NCBI RefSeq assembly: GCF_000341395.1
Contig: NC_020304.1
Location: forward strand, 2,820,001 to 2,852,000
DNA length: 32,000 nt
Direction: 5' to 3'
DNA from: Desulfocapsa sulfexigens DSM 10523
GTDB lineage: Bacteria > Desulfobacterota > Desulfobulbia > Desulfobulbales > Desulfocapsaceae
Of this stretch, positions 1 to 8,730 are shown piece by piece (within the stretch, counting starts at the first letter, position 1; each line of letters begins with the position of its first letter). A program made the position numbers and the translations under genes. The notes under the pieces are model-generated. The model worked only from the letters and a program-made list of their open reading frames with translations. It did not search any database and had not been told where the DNA came from.

Positions 1-224
1 TCAAAAAAAGGTGCGTGGAGGGTACAGGAAAGTCTGTTATTCTTCAGTGTGTGGGCAATTTTTTTGAATTCATCCTCTGATTCTTCGTAGAGACAAAGAC
101 CTTCCAGGCCAATTTCAGGTTGAATGCCATGTTGCAGAAAGAGATCAAGGTAGCGATTCTTTAACTCATACCAGGGGGCATTTACGAAACAGCGTGGGGT
201 GATATGTTTGTATTTTGCTTCCAT
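1..224 (-). CDS. Partial (5' end of gene only) TIM-barrel / xylose-isomerase-like family protein, truncated by the window edge
   Basis: Manual reverse-strand reading from ATG at 222-224 gives MEAKYKHITPRCFVNAPWYELKNRYLDLFLQHGIQPEIGLEGLCLYEESEDEFKKIAHTLKNNRLSCTLHAPFF with no stop before the edge. The ELKNRY..GIQPEIGLEG and TLHAPFF patterns resemble sugar-phosphate-isomerase/AP-endonuclease-2-like barrels. It starts 1 nt after the stop of the upstream gene. Confidence 0.55.
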   Translation of the reverse strand, partial: MEAKYKHITPRCFVNAPWYELKNRYLDLFLQHGIQPEIGLEGLCLYEESEDEFKKIAHTLKNNRLSCTLHAPFF

Positions 225-225
225 C

Positions 226-1839
226 TTAACGTTCACTCAGGTATTTGATCATTTGGCTCATACTTAATTTAATGCTCGAAGGTCCGGAGCGAATATAGAA
301 ATCCTCCTGCCTGCCTATGGAAAGGAAGACAGGACGACGAACCCGTTCACATTCAACAATACAAATTGTTTTGTCTTTGATGATGGCAATTTTGAGATGA
401 ATAAATCTGGTGAACTCTGCACCAATATGGGTGTTCAGTAGGTTTTTGAAGTGTAGTCGACACTTGTCTTCATTGTCAAAATTATCTGCCTCTGTGCCAA
501 GAATTGTTCCGGAATCATCCACTCCGATGAGAAGAATCCCCCCATCGCTGTTCATAAATCCGACTACGGTTTTCAGCCATGCTACCTCAATTTCTTTTCC
601 TGGTCTTCCGGAATTCAGGTTGGTTCGCATGGTGGATTTGAACTCAAGAGTGGTGGATTCACCGGCTCTGATGAGTGCTGCGACTTCAGTTTCATAGCTC
701 TGAGTGTTTATATGCTGCTGTGGCAAATCCTTTAACTGATAGCTGTACTTTCGAACAAGAAGGACTGTCATTAGAACAGCAAGTAGAAAAATAGAGCCAA
801 CAAGCAGAGCGAAGCGAATCCACTGCCGATGCAGGTCGGAAAAAATATCATCTGCAGGGATGATCACTGCGACCCAGATATCGGGGTTTGATTCGTGGAG
901 CTGGCTAAAGCCAAGCCACCAGTTTTTTCCGCCATTCCTGATGGAGAGTGGTTGGGTGGTCTGTTGTCTGTTTGTTCTGAGCAGGGTTCCCACTGTACTG
1001 AGAAGTTGTTCTGAAAGACTGACTTCTTCGACAGAGGCGCTAACTATTTTGTTTAATCGGTCTTTTCCTGAACTATTCAAGGGTATTCCTTCTTTGTCGT
1101 AGAGTACAATACGGCCGTTAGGGGTAATCTGAAGGTCTTCCAGAAAGGTCATCAGGCTTTGTGTGGTGAAAGAAACACCTGAGACATGGTTACCGTCCTT
1201 GCTGTTACGTATCTTCCACTGAAGGCTTGCTGTGATGACAGTATCTCCAGTCGTTTTCTGAAGATAGGGTTCTGTCATGAAAAATTTGGTGCTGGAAGGG
1301 GTGAGCATGGCACCCTGGAACCAGTTAGCAGTGGACATGGTGTAGCGTCTTTCGTTTACGGTCTCCTGGCCTTCAATCTTTCCGTCAACAAGGCGGGAGG
1401 TTGTGGCGTTACTTTTGTGGGATTCATCTACAAGCCATTCGTCATTGTGGTGAGAGAGTTGGAAACAGTTTTCGTTTGTATCGGCGATGGATATGGAATG
1501 GATGGTTTGTTGAATTTCCATAAGTGCCTGGAACTGGCTGGCGAGAATCTCAGGAGTCTGCATGTTGAACAGCCCGGCTTCCCCCCATTTTCCCAGTATT
1601 CTTAAAATATTTGTAAGTGGATCTGTATAAGATTGGAAATGTGCTGCGACCAGAAGGTTAGCCTTGCCTATAATAGAGGTTGAAACCTCACGCTGGGTTT
1701 TAACACCCTGGAGCATCACTATGGTGAGAATGGCACCGGATATAACGAAAAGGATAAGCAGGATATCACGAAGAAGACGTCTTTTGATATTTCGTGGACA
1801 TCCCCGTATCAGGCCGGAAAGTGTTGAAAATATAGGCAT
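226..1839 (-). CDS. Membrane-bound sensor: N-terminal TM, periplasmic Cache-like region, second TM, C-terminal AlbA_2 (Schlafen-like putative nucleic-acid-binding) domain
   Basis: 537 aa. TM1 LLRDILLILFVISGAILTIVML; about 290-aa extracytoplasmic region; TM2 FALLVGSIFLLAVLMTVLLV; then ESTTLEFKSTMR...FMNSDGGILLIGVDDSG...FYIRSGPSSIKLS, the typical AlbA_2 signature. Confidence 0.8.
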   Translation of the reverse strand: MPIFSTLSGLIRGCPRNIKRRLLRDILLILFVISGAILTIVMLQGVKTQREVSTSIIGKANLLVAAHFQSYTDPLTNILRILGKWGEAGLFNMQTPEILASQFQALMEIQQTIHSISIADTNENCFQLSHHNDEWLVDESHKSNATTSRLVDGKIEGQETVNERRYTMSTANWFQGAMLTPSSTKFFMTEPYLQKTTGDTVITASLQWKIRNSKDGNHVSGVSFTTQSLMTFLEDLQITPNGRIVLYDKEGIPLNSSGKDRLNKIVSASVEEVSLSEQLLSTVGTLLRTNRQQTTQPLSIRNGGKNWWLGFSQLHESNPDIWVAVIIPADDIFSDLHRQWIRFALLVGSIFLLAVLMTVLLVRKYSYQLKDLPQQHINTQSYETEVAALIRAGESTTLEFKSTMRTNLNSGRPGKEIEVAWLKTVVGFMNSDGGILLIGVDDSGTILGTEADNFDNEDKCRLHFKNLLNTHIGAEFTRFIHLKIAIIKDKTICIVECERVRRPVFLSIGRQEDFYIRSGPSSIKLSMSQMIKYLSER

Positions 1840-1896
1840 AGTGATTGTTTCGTAAACAAACAGATTGGCAGAGAAAACCTTAACAGGTTCAGGAAA

Positions 1897-3291
1897 CTAT
1901 TCCAGCTCACTGGTGCATAAGCGCAGGGAGATATAGCCAGCGATCCCTGCAAACAGCGATGCCGCAAGAATACCAATTTTTGCATTGAGCAGATGCTGTG
2001 CATTGTCAAATGCCAGGCCTCCAATAAAAATAGACATGGTAAAACCGATTCCTGCCAGCAGGCTGACACTTGCGATCATGGGAAGAGTAACACCATCCGG
2101 TAGTCGACTTAAGCCGATTTTAATTATCAGCCAGGAAAAGAAGGTGATACCTATAAGTTTTCCACCAATAAGTCCGCCAATGACGCCAATGGTCACCGGG
2201 TCTGAAAATGTCGTTCCAAGTGTTGAGAAATCAATGGGTATTCCTGCGTTAGCAAGGGCAAAAATGGGAATAATGAGAAAGGAGACCCATATATGGAGAT
2301 TATGCTCCATTCGTTGTAGCGGGCTTTCAATACAATGAACAAAATTTTCCATGGATTGGAGGAGTTTTTGCTGTTCACTGTTTTGCATAATGTGCCTGTG
2401 GTCCTCCTGAATAGTCTCGAATCTGGTGATTAACTGTCGCATTCGTCTGACAAACGGTATGGCATGACAATGGGAGTTGGCAGGAACGGTGAGGGCTGTT
2501 ATTACACCAGCAAGGGTTGCATGGATGCCCGATTCAAGCATTCCGAGCCACAAAAGCAGACCAAAGATTACATATGGCAGAGGGCGACGGATTCCTGCAA
2601 TGTTTGAAAGGAGGAGCATAACAAAGGCTAAACCTGCAAAGAGTAGTGCAAGGAGGTTTATCTTATCTGTGTAAAAGGCGGCAATGACCAGAACTGCGCC
2701 AAGGTCATCAACGATGGCGAGTGCCAGTAGAAAGCCAACGAGGGATCGTGGAATGCGCGATCCAAGGAGGGCAAGAACTCCCATGGCAAATGCAATATCC
2801 GTGGCCATGGGAACCCCCCAGCCAGCGAGAGCGTCACTGCCACTATTAATTGCAGCATAAATAAGAGCAGGAACAACCATGCCACCAATGGCTGCAGCAA
2901 TTGGCAAAATGGCCTGTTTGCGGTCTGCAAGCTCTCCAACCAGGATTTCCCGTTTGATTTCAAGACCAACCATAAAGAAAAAGAGGGCCATCAGGCCATC
3001 GTTGATCCAGTGCTGCAGAGAGTGGCTTATAGAAAAAAAATCACTGCCAATGGTGAATTTATGATGGAGTACTGCATCGTAAACCGGATACATTGCAGAG
3101 TTGGCTAAAACCAGTGCCCCAACAGTACAGCCCATAAGCAGTAATCCGGAGGACGCTTCCTTATGGACAAAATCTTCAAAGGGGGTGAGCGCCTGTTTAA
3201 AACTCCGTTGTATTGAATTGCCGTTCAAGACCTTTGAAAGGCAATTGGATGTGTCCTCTTCGTTTGAGAAGTGTTGGTCATTATCAGTCAT
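1897..3291 (-). CDS. nhaA: Na+/H+ antiporter NhaA
   Basis: Hallmark NhaA motifs: GLMALFFFMVGLEIKREILVGEL, VPMATDIAFAMGVLALLG, AIVDDLGAVLVIA, GIGFTMSIFIGGLAF. The track ORF starts at 3366. MTDNDQHF at 3291 is the more plausible start. Confidence 0.95.
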   Translation of the reverse strand: MTDNDQHFSNEEDTSNCLSKVLNGNSIQRSFKQALTPFEDFVHKEASSGLLLMGCTVGALVLANSAMYPVYDAVLHHKFTIGSDFFSISHSLQHWINDGLMALFFFMVGLEIKREILVGELADRKQAILPIAAAIGGMVVPALIYAAINSGSDALAGWGVPMATDIAFAMGVLALLGSRIPRSLVGFLLALAIVDDLGAVLVIAAFYTDKINLLALLFAGLAFVMLLLSNIAGIRRPLPYVIFGLLLWLGMLESGIHATLAGVITALTVPANSHCHAIPFVRRMRQLITRFETIQEDHRHIMQNSEQQKLLQSMENFVHCIESPLQRMEHNLHIWVSFLIIPIFALANAGIPIDFSTLGTTFSDPVTIGVIGGLIGGKLIGITFFSWLIIKIGLSRLPDGVTLPMIASVSLLAGIGFTMSIFIGGLAFDNAQHLLNAKIGILAASLFAGIAGYISLRLCTSELE

Positions 3292-3550
3292 GGGATCGTT
3301 GCACCTGTCATAAGGGGTATTGGGGTGTGTCCAAAAAAGGAAATAACAGAACCTGATCACCATCAAAACTCAGCTTTGCAACCCGGAGCTGTTTCGTGTC
3401 GATCATATGGGACGCCATAAACCCATCCATGGGAGCTCTACTGCGGACGTCCAGGCCGCAGATGCCCATATAATCGACCCGAAACAACTCCTCCTCATGC
3501 GGGTAGGCTGAGGATTGGTGTGATCAGGTAACAGAATGCTCATTTTCCTG

Positions 3551-4171
3551 TCATGGAGCCTTTTGGCTTGCTGTGAGTATTGTAATCCTTTCTGTGATTT
3601 CATCGGAAAGTTTTGCGAGCCCTCGGCTGAGAGCTTTTGCCAATGCATCAAATCCATCGTTTTCAGGAGGTATCTTGTAAATTGAGATTGTCTGATACAG
3701 CATATCCTTCCCGTTAGAGGCAAGAATCTTCCAGCGAACGGTCACAGAAGCATTACCATCGCTATCTTTTTCAAAATGGAGGAAGTTTGTAACGACTTGC
3801 AGACTATCCGGTTCCAGGGAATCAGGGAAAATATGGATTCCCTCTGCTCCAAACTCAAGACTCAGATTTGTGATAAGGGCAGTCGTCAGCATTTCCTTGA
3901 GATCACCAGCCCATCTGTGCTGTTCCTCGATGGTAAGAGAGTAGCTTGAGTTCTGGGTGACTAATTGTCCCTGGTCAAGAAACGAAGCGATGTGAATCGG
4001 CCCCACGAGTATATTAGTCAGGGGTTTGTCAGGAACGGCTGCTGTTTTCTGGTTAATGGGTCCCAGAGTGTAGTAATAGATGGGAAGTGGCTGTTTTATG
4101 CATCCGCCAGCCCAAAGAAGCAGGGACAGAGCTGACAGGAAAAAAATTCCAGGAACTATTTTATTGTTCAT
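3551..4171 (-). CDS. ABC-type transport auxiliary lipoprotein (PqiC/YmbA-like), probable component of the Mla-type operon
   Basis: 206 aa. Lipobox LLLWAGGCIKQP, then YYTLGP...NILVGPIHIASFLDQGQLVTQNSSYSLTIEEQHRWAGDLKEMLTTALITNLS, characteristic of this family. Located downstream of the mlaEFD-like genes. Confidence 0.8.
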   Translation of the reverse strand: MNNKIVPGIFFLSALSLLLWAGGCIKQPLPIYYYTLGPINQKTAAVPDKPLTNILVGPIHIASFLDQGQLVTQNSSYSLTIEEQHRWAGDLKEMLTTALITNLSLEFGAEGIHIFPDSLEPDSLQVVTNFLHFEKDSDGNASVTVRWKILASNGKDMLYQTISIYKIPPENDGFDALAKALSRGLAKLSDEITERITILTASQKAP

Positions 4172-4216
4172 ACCAGGTGAAAACTCCGATAATGTATTGT
4201 TGCAAAGAAAGCGTTA

Positions 4217-5665
4217 TCAAGCAGATACTACCCGATTTCTTCCATTCGCCTTTGCTTGATAGAGAGCCCTGTCGGCTTTGCCTATCAGCTTGTCTCTTGT
4301 GTCTTCCGGCTGATATTGTGCCACACCGATACTTACAGTTATAGGAAGTGTTTGATTCTGAGAGGAAGTCGGATTGTTTATTACTGCAAGTCGCAGCTCC
4401 TCTGCCATATTCGATGCTGTATCCAGAGTACACCCCTTCAGGAGCATGAGAAATTCCTCCCCTCCCCATCTGCATATTATATCTGTTTTCCGCAACCGGG
4501 ACGTAATGAGCCTGGCAAGATTTTTCAGTACAGCATCTCCAGCTAAATGTCCGTATGTGTCGTTGATTTCTTTGAAATGGTCGATGTCGAGTAACAGTAG
4601 CGACAGATTCTCGGGCTTCCGGCTTTGGTCGAGAAGGATAGGATTGACTAACAGATCCAGTGCCTGGCGGTTATAGAGACCGGTTAATTTATCTGTGGTG
4701 GCCATATGTTCGATATCTTCCTGGTAGGATGAAATCACGCGATTAATGATGAATAAAATGATGGTGGTAACAACTGCACAGAATAACAGATTGATAAGAA
4801 GGGTTTGAAGTAATTTGGCTGTTCCTTCCAGTTCACTCTGAATGACCACGAGATACCAGTCAAATTCTTTGATAAACCGGGTGTTCAGAGATATCGGATG
4901 TCCGTCTATTTTGGACTGTAAGGCAACTGTCTCGGTGGAAGTCATTTGAGTCAGAAACTCTTTGCTCTTGAGAAAGATGTTCAGTTGTGCTGTTTGTTGC
5001 TGGCGCTGTTTGTCTGAGGTGTTACTGAGTTTGATGTTTCCCAGGCGGTCAATGAGAAAAATATCTCTGTTATAGGTTTCCTGGTACTGGTCGATGAGTT
5101 TTTGAACTGCATCCACTGCCAACCCAACCCCGGTTGCACCAATAAAATTCCCCTTGTAATCGTGAACTCGATAATTGATAAAAACGGTCATGGTGTCGTT
5201 GTTTGCCTGATCAATGTCCACGTTGATCTCAAAGTCATCTGACATTTTTTGTACTCGAAAATACCAGGAATCACGTTCTTCAGCTTCCTGTACCTGTTTC
5301 ACAAGGCCATCGGGATGATAGTAATTTCGAGTCTGATCAGAGACGAAAAAAGACGTAATGGTGTTGTATGTTTGTTTGATTTCTGTGAGGTATCGTATGA
5401 CAGCATCATGGTTCTGTTCTTCATTGATTACCCAGTCCCGCAAAAAGGTATCTGATGCCATAAGGGAAGAGATAAAGATGGGGCGCAGAAGATCGCGTTG
5501 GATTTCTGAATAAACAGTATCGCTGGTGAGTGGTAATTCACCGTGAGTCATCTGATCTCTGAGAGAGGCTAGTGAGATGAAGTAGCTGGCCAGGCTGGTA
5601 AGCAGGAAACCTACTATCAATAGAATACTTAGAAATGTAATCAGATTTTTTTTATGTTTGAACAT
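4217..5665 (-). CDS. Diguanylate cyclase with N-terminal TM and dCache-type sensor region
   Basis: 482 aa. TM, about 250-aa periplasmic region with YRVHDYKGNFIGATGVGLAV, second TM, then LTGLYNRQAL...DIDHFKEINDTYGH...RKTDIICRWGGEEFLMLL. The GGEEF active site and an RxxD I-site five residues upstream (RKTD) are both present. Confidence 0.93.
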   Translation of the reverse strand: MFKHKKNLITFLSILLIVGFLLTSLASYFISLASLRDQMTHGELPLTSDTVYSEIQRDLLRPIFISSLMASDTFLRDWVINEEQNHDAVIRYLTEIKQTYNTITSFFVSDQTRNYYHPDGLVKQVQEAEERDSWYFRVQKMSDDFEINVDIDQANNDTMTVFINYRVHDYKGNFIGATGVGLAVDAVQKLIDQYQETYNRDIFLIDRLGNIKLSNTSDKQRQQQTAQLNIFLKSKEFLTQMTSTETVALQSKIDGHPISLNTRFIKEFDWYLVVIQSELEGTAKLLQTLLINLLFCAVVTTIILFIINRVISSYQEDIEHMATTDKLTGLYNRQALDLLVNPILLDQSRKPENLSLLLLDIDHFKEINDTYGHLAGDAVLKNLARLITSRLRKTDIICRWGGEEFLMLLKGCTLDTASNMAEELRLAVINNPTSSQNQTLPITVSIGVAQYQPEDTRDKLIGKADRALYQAKANGRNRVVSA

Positions 5666-5753
5666 GGAGGTGTAATATCCTGCCTGGTAGGTTTGCGTCA
5701 GGGCAAATACTTCTGGTCACCATAATCGGCTTCTGGGAACGTATGTGTGAATA

Positions 5754-6770
5754 TTACTCATTATGTTCAGCTTTACCAGGGTTTTGCAAACCAAAAATAA
5801 GGGTATCAGGGTTGCGGTGAATGAAATTACTGAGGGTTTCTAGTGATTTAGCTGTCTTTTCCAGCTGCTGCATGGCTTCTGTTAATCGATGGTACAGAGG
5901 TGAGTTGGGGCGGATGGTATTTTCTGCCTGGGCAAGAAGGGCGTCAGCATGCTCAAGTGTTGAGTCGATATGGGTGTTCAGTGATGAGACTACGTTATCC
6001 GCATGACCGGTGAGAGCGTTGAATTGTTCCAACCCGCCATCTATTTTATCGAGAATCGGGGTGACTTCGGTATCCAGTTTTGAAAGAAGTGAATTCAGGC
6101 TCCCAGTAGCAACGAGAAGCTCATCGAGCAACTGCTGGGTTTTTTTCTGGTCCAGGGTTTCGGCAAGACCTGAGCTGAGCTTCTCAAGAGAGGTCAATGT
6201 ACTGTTGAATTTCTGGTACAGTTCACCAAAATTTACGTCACCTATTACCTTTGAAAATTGCTGCATTTCGGAGGGGAGGGTGGGAATTTCAAAATATTCT
6301 CCCGTCTTATCCTGATACACGGCAACACTGTTTTCATAAAAGCCAAGATCTATATAGCGTTTCCCGGTGACAACACTTTTAAGCCTGAGTTTTGCTCTGA
6401 GCCCCTGCTTGCACATTGCCTCCATAAATGTGTTGATATCACCTTTGCTGTTTTCTCCATGGTCCTCAATGATCAGGGAAGAGTCAGCGTTCAGTGAAAT
6501 AAGAACAGGTATGATGATATCCTGGCTTTTTTCTCCATTGGCACGGATATGGATGTTGATATTCTTCACCTGGCCTATGGTGACCCCACGATAAGTAACG
6601 TCAGCTCCAATACTCAGTCCGTCAAGTGAGCCTTCAAAATACGTAATCATTAAATTTTCTCTGGCAAAAAATTTATTGCCGCCAAAAATAACAATGGCAG
6701 TCATAAAAAGAACAAGAGAGAGGATGACGAATATACCTATCATTACTGGTTGAATGCTTTTGTTTGGCAT
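5754..6770 (-). CDS. mlaD: MlaD family (MCE domain) substrate-binding protein
   Basis: 338 aa. N-terminal TM IGIFVILSLVLFMTAIVIFGG followed by the MCE domain (FEGSLDGLSIGADVTYRGVTIGQVKNI) and a coiled-coil-like C-terminus. Confidence 0.9.
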   Translation of the reverse strand: MPNKSIQPVMIGIFVILSLVLFMTAIVIFGGNKFFARENLMITYFEGSLDGLSIGADVTYRGVTIGQVKNINIHIRANGEKSQDIIIPVLISLNADSSLIIEDHGENSKGDINTFMEAMCKQGLRAKLRLKSVVTGKRYIDLGFYENSVAVYQDKTGEYFEIPTLPSEMQQFSKVIGDVNFGELYQKFNSTLTSLEKLSSGLAETLDQKKTQQLLDELLVATGSLNSLLSKLDTEVTPILDKIDGGLEQFNALTGHADNVVSSLNTHIDSTLEHADALLAQAENTIRPNSPLYHRLTEAMQQLEKTAKSLETLSNFIHRNPDTLIFGLQNPGKAEHNE

Positions 6771-6783
6771 AACTGTGTGTTGT

Positions 6784-7554
6784 TCAGGGGGGATCAGTTA
6801 AGGATAGAGTTCGGCTCAAAAATTGCCGTACTTTTATATTGTTACTTTCTTTAGCAAGAATTCCGGGGTTACCGGTTGCGAGCATTGTGCGTGTCTCTGT
6901 GTCAAGGAAGACTGAATCATCGGCGAGTGCAAAAATTGATGGCAATTCATGGGTGACGATAATGATGGTGGCTCCCAGGCTGTCGCGGATTTCCAGGATA
7001 AGGTCATCCAGCATCTTTGAACTGATCGGATCAAGACCTGCTGATGGTTCATCAAAAAAGAGAATTTCGGGATCAAGGGCAATGGCTCTCGCAAGTCCCG
7101 CACGTTTTCTCATTCCTCCACTTATTGAAGATGGTGGATATTTAGCAAAACCTTTCAGGCCGACCAGTGCAAGCTTCAGTTCCACAATCTCTGCAATAAG
7201 TTTAGGGGAAAGGTCTGTGAACTGCTGTAATGGCAGTGCAACGTTCTCACCAACGGTCATGGAACTCCAGAGTGCTCCCGATTGATAGAGAACGCCACAC
7301 CGTTGCATTCGCTGAACCCTGGATTGGTGTGAACTTTTCCAGAAATTTTCTCCTGAAAAGAAAATATCACCCTCTGCTGGACGTTTAAGTCCCGTAAGAT
7401 GTCTTAGGAGTGTGGATTTTCCACATCCTGATCCTCCCATTATTGTAAAAATTGCACCCTTCTTGATACTGAAAGTAAGGTTCTGCTGCAGAATGAAATC
7501 ACCATAGGCCATGGTTAAATTTTGGACTTCAATGATGGCTTTTGAGGGTGTCAT
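6784..7554 (-). CDS. mlaF: ABC transporter ATP-binding protein (MlaF family)
   Basis: Walker A GGSGCGKS, signature SGGMRKRAGLARA, Walker B PEILFFDEPSAGLDP. Lies between the MCE and permease genes. Confidence 0.93.
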   Translation of the reverse strand: MTPSKAIIEVQNLTMAYGDFILQQNLTFSIKKGAIFTIMGGSGCGKSTLLRHLTGLKRPAEGDIFFSGENFWKSSHQSRVQRMQRCGVLYQSGALWSSMTVGENVALPLQQFTDLSPKLIAEIVELKLALVGLKGFAKYPPSSISGGMRKRAGLARAIALDPEILFFDEPSAGLDPISSKMLDDLILEIRDSLGATIIIVTHELPSIFALADDSVFLDTETRTMLATGNPGILAKESNNIKVRQFLSRTLSLTDPP

Positions 7555-7560
7555 GTCCGC

Positions 7561-8682
7561 CTAAATCCCAATAACGTTGAAGAAGAAGGTGAAACCGGCA
7601 TCGGTGATCACAATAAGAACAATGGCTGTTACTACGGCAGATGTTGTTGCCTTGCCGACGGCGTCGGCACTGCGTCCACAGTGCATCCCCTTAAGGCAGC
7701 CACAGAAGGCAACCAGGTATCCGAAAACCACGGATTTAATCATTCCAACCAGGAAATGGTTGAGATGAATGGCATTGATGGTCTGTTCGTAATACAAAAC
7801 CGGACTGATATCGAGAGAGAGGCAGCCAATGAAGAAACCACCGAGTATTCCAATAAAGTCGGCACAGATTGCCAGAAGAGGCATCATAATGATAAGGGCA
7901 GTCAATCGTGGCAGCACTAAAAAATCAAGAGGATTGATCCCCATGGTTTGTAGTGCGTCGACCTCCTCATTTACCTGCATGGTGCCAAGTTGGGCAGCAT
8001 AGGAGGCACCCGTTCGACCAGCCATGATGATGGCCGCCATCATTGGTCCCATTTCTCTGGTCATGGCAAGACCGACAAGGTTTGCTACGTAAACGTCAGC
8101 CCCAAACATCTTCAGCTGGACAGCCCCTATAAAGGCCAGGGTGAATCCAACCAAAAATGAAATGAGCGCTACAATTGGAAGAGCTTGAGGACCACAATTG
8201 TAGAGAAAAAAACTCAGATCTTTCTTCAGAAAACGGGCTCGTCCAGTAAAAAAACGAATATAGGATAAAAGGATTTCTCCAGTAAACGATAGCATTTCTA
8301 TGGATTGCTTCCACAGTTCAATAACATGCATGCCGATTTCGGCGAGTATTCCAGGGTTGTTTAATGTGTTATCTGGAGGGGCGAGATTTTTTTTAAGAGT
8401 GAGTTGTAGAAGCTTGCGAACACCGGAAGGCAAGCCTTGTGTATCAACGGGAATGGCATGGTTCTCGGCAATTTCAGTAATACGGGAGAGTTCAACAAGA
8501 AATCTGCTGTCCCACTCAAGCAAGTGCTTGGTATTAAAAGAAATGGCTTTTGTCTGGGGAGTGAAAAACTGGGCGATATCAGGGAGCGCACAGGGTTCAA
8601 CTTGAATGGTCCAAGAACCAAGGAAGGTTAGACAAAGTGTGTTGAAGTTATGCTTTGCCTGCAGGGAGCAATCTGGGGTCAT
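7561..8682 (-). CDS. mlaE: MlaE family ABC transporter permease with N-terminal STAS-like domain
   Basis: 373 aa. C-terminal permease motifs VGMIKSVVFGYLVAFCGCLKGMHCGRSADAVGKATTSAVV and GLAMTREMGPMMAAIIMAGRTGASYAAQLGTMQVNEEVDAL. The N-terminal ~110 aa resembles a STAS domain. Confidence 0.92.
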   Translation of the reverse strand: MTPDCSLQAKHNFNTLCLTFLGSWTIQVEPCALPDIAQFFTPQTKAISFNTKHLLEWDSRFLVELSRITEIAENHAIPVDTQGLPSGVRKLLQLTLKKNLAPPDNTLNNPGILAEIGMHVIELWKQSIEMLSFTGEILLSYIRFFTGRARFLKKDLSFFLYNCGPQALPIVALISFLVGFTLAFIGAVQLKMFGADVYVANLVGLAMTREMGPMMAAIIMAGRTGASYAAQLGTMQVNEEVDALQTMGINPLDFLVLPRLTALIIMMPLLAICADFIGILGGFFIGCLSLDISPVLYYEQTINAIHLNHFLVGMIKSVVFGYLVAFCGCLKGMHCGRSADAVGKATTSAVVTAIVLIVITDAGFTFFFNVIGI

Positions 8683-8730
8683 TGGACTATATCCATCGGA
8701 GTCACTGTCTGTCCTGGGACGAAGCTGTTT

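Noticed and set aside
1845-1889. Two short inverted repeats (TTGTTTcgtAAACAA and AACCTtaacAGGTT) between nhaA and the AlbA_2 gene
   Set aside because: Stems are only 5-6 bp with no U-tract. Chance occurrence in AT-rich DNA is likely.
3403-3723. 106-aa minus-strand ORF MPLTGRICCIRQSQ...
   Set aside because: More than half overlaps the lipoprotein gene in another frame and the sequence is not protein-like. Another frame in the same gap looks more plausible and is reported separately.
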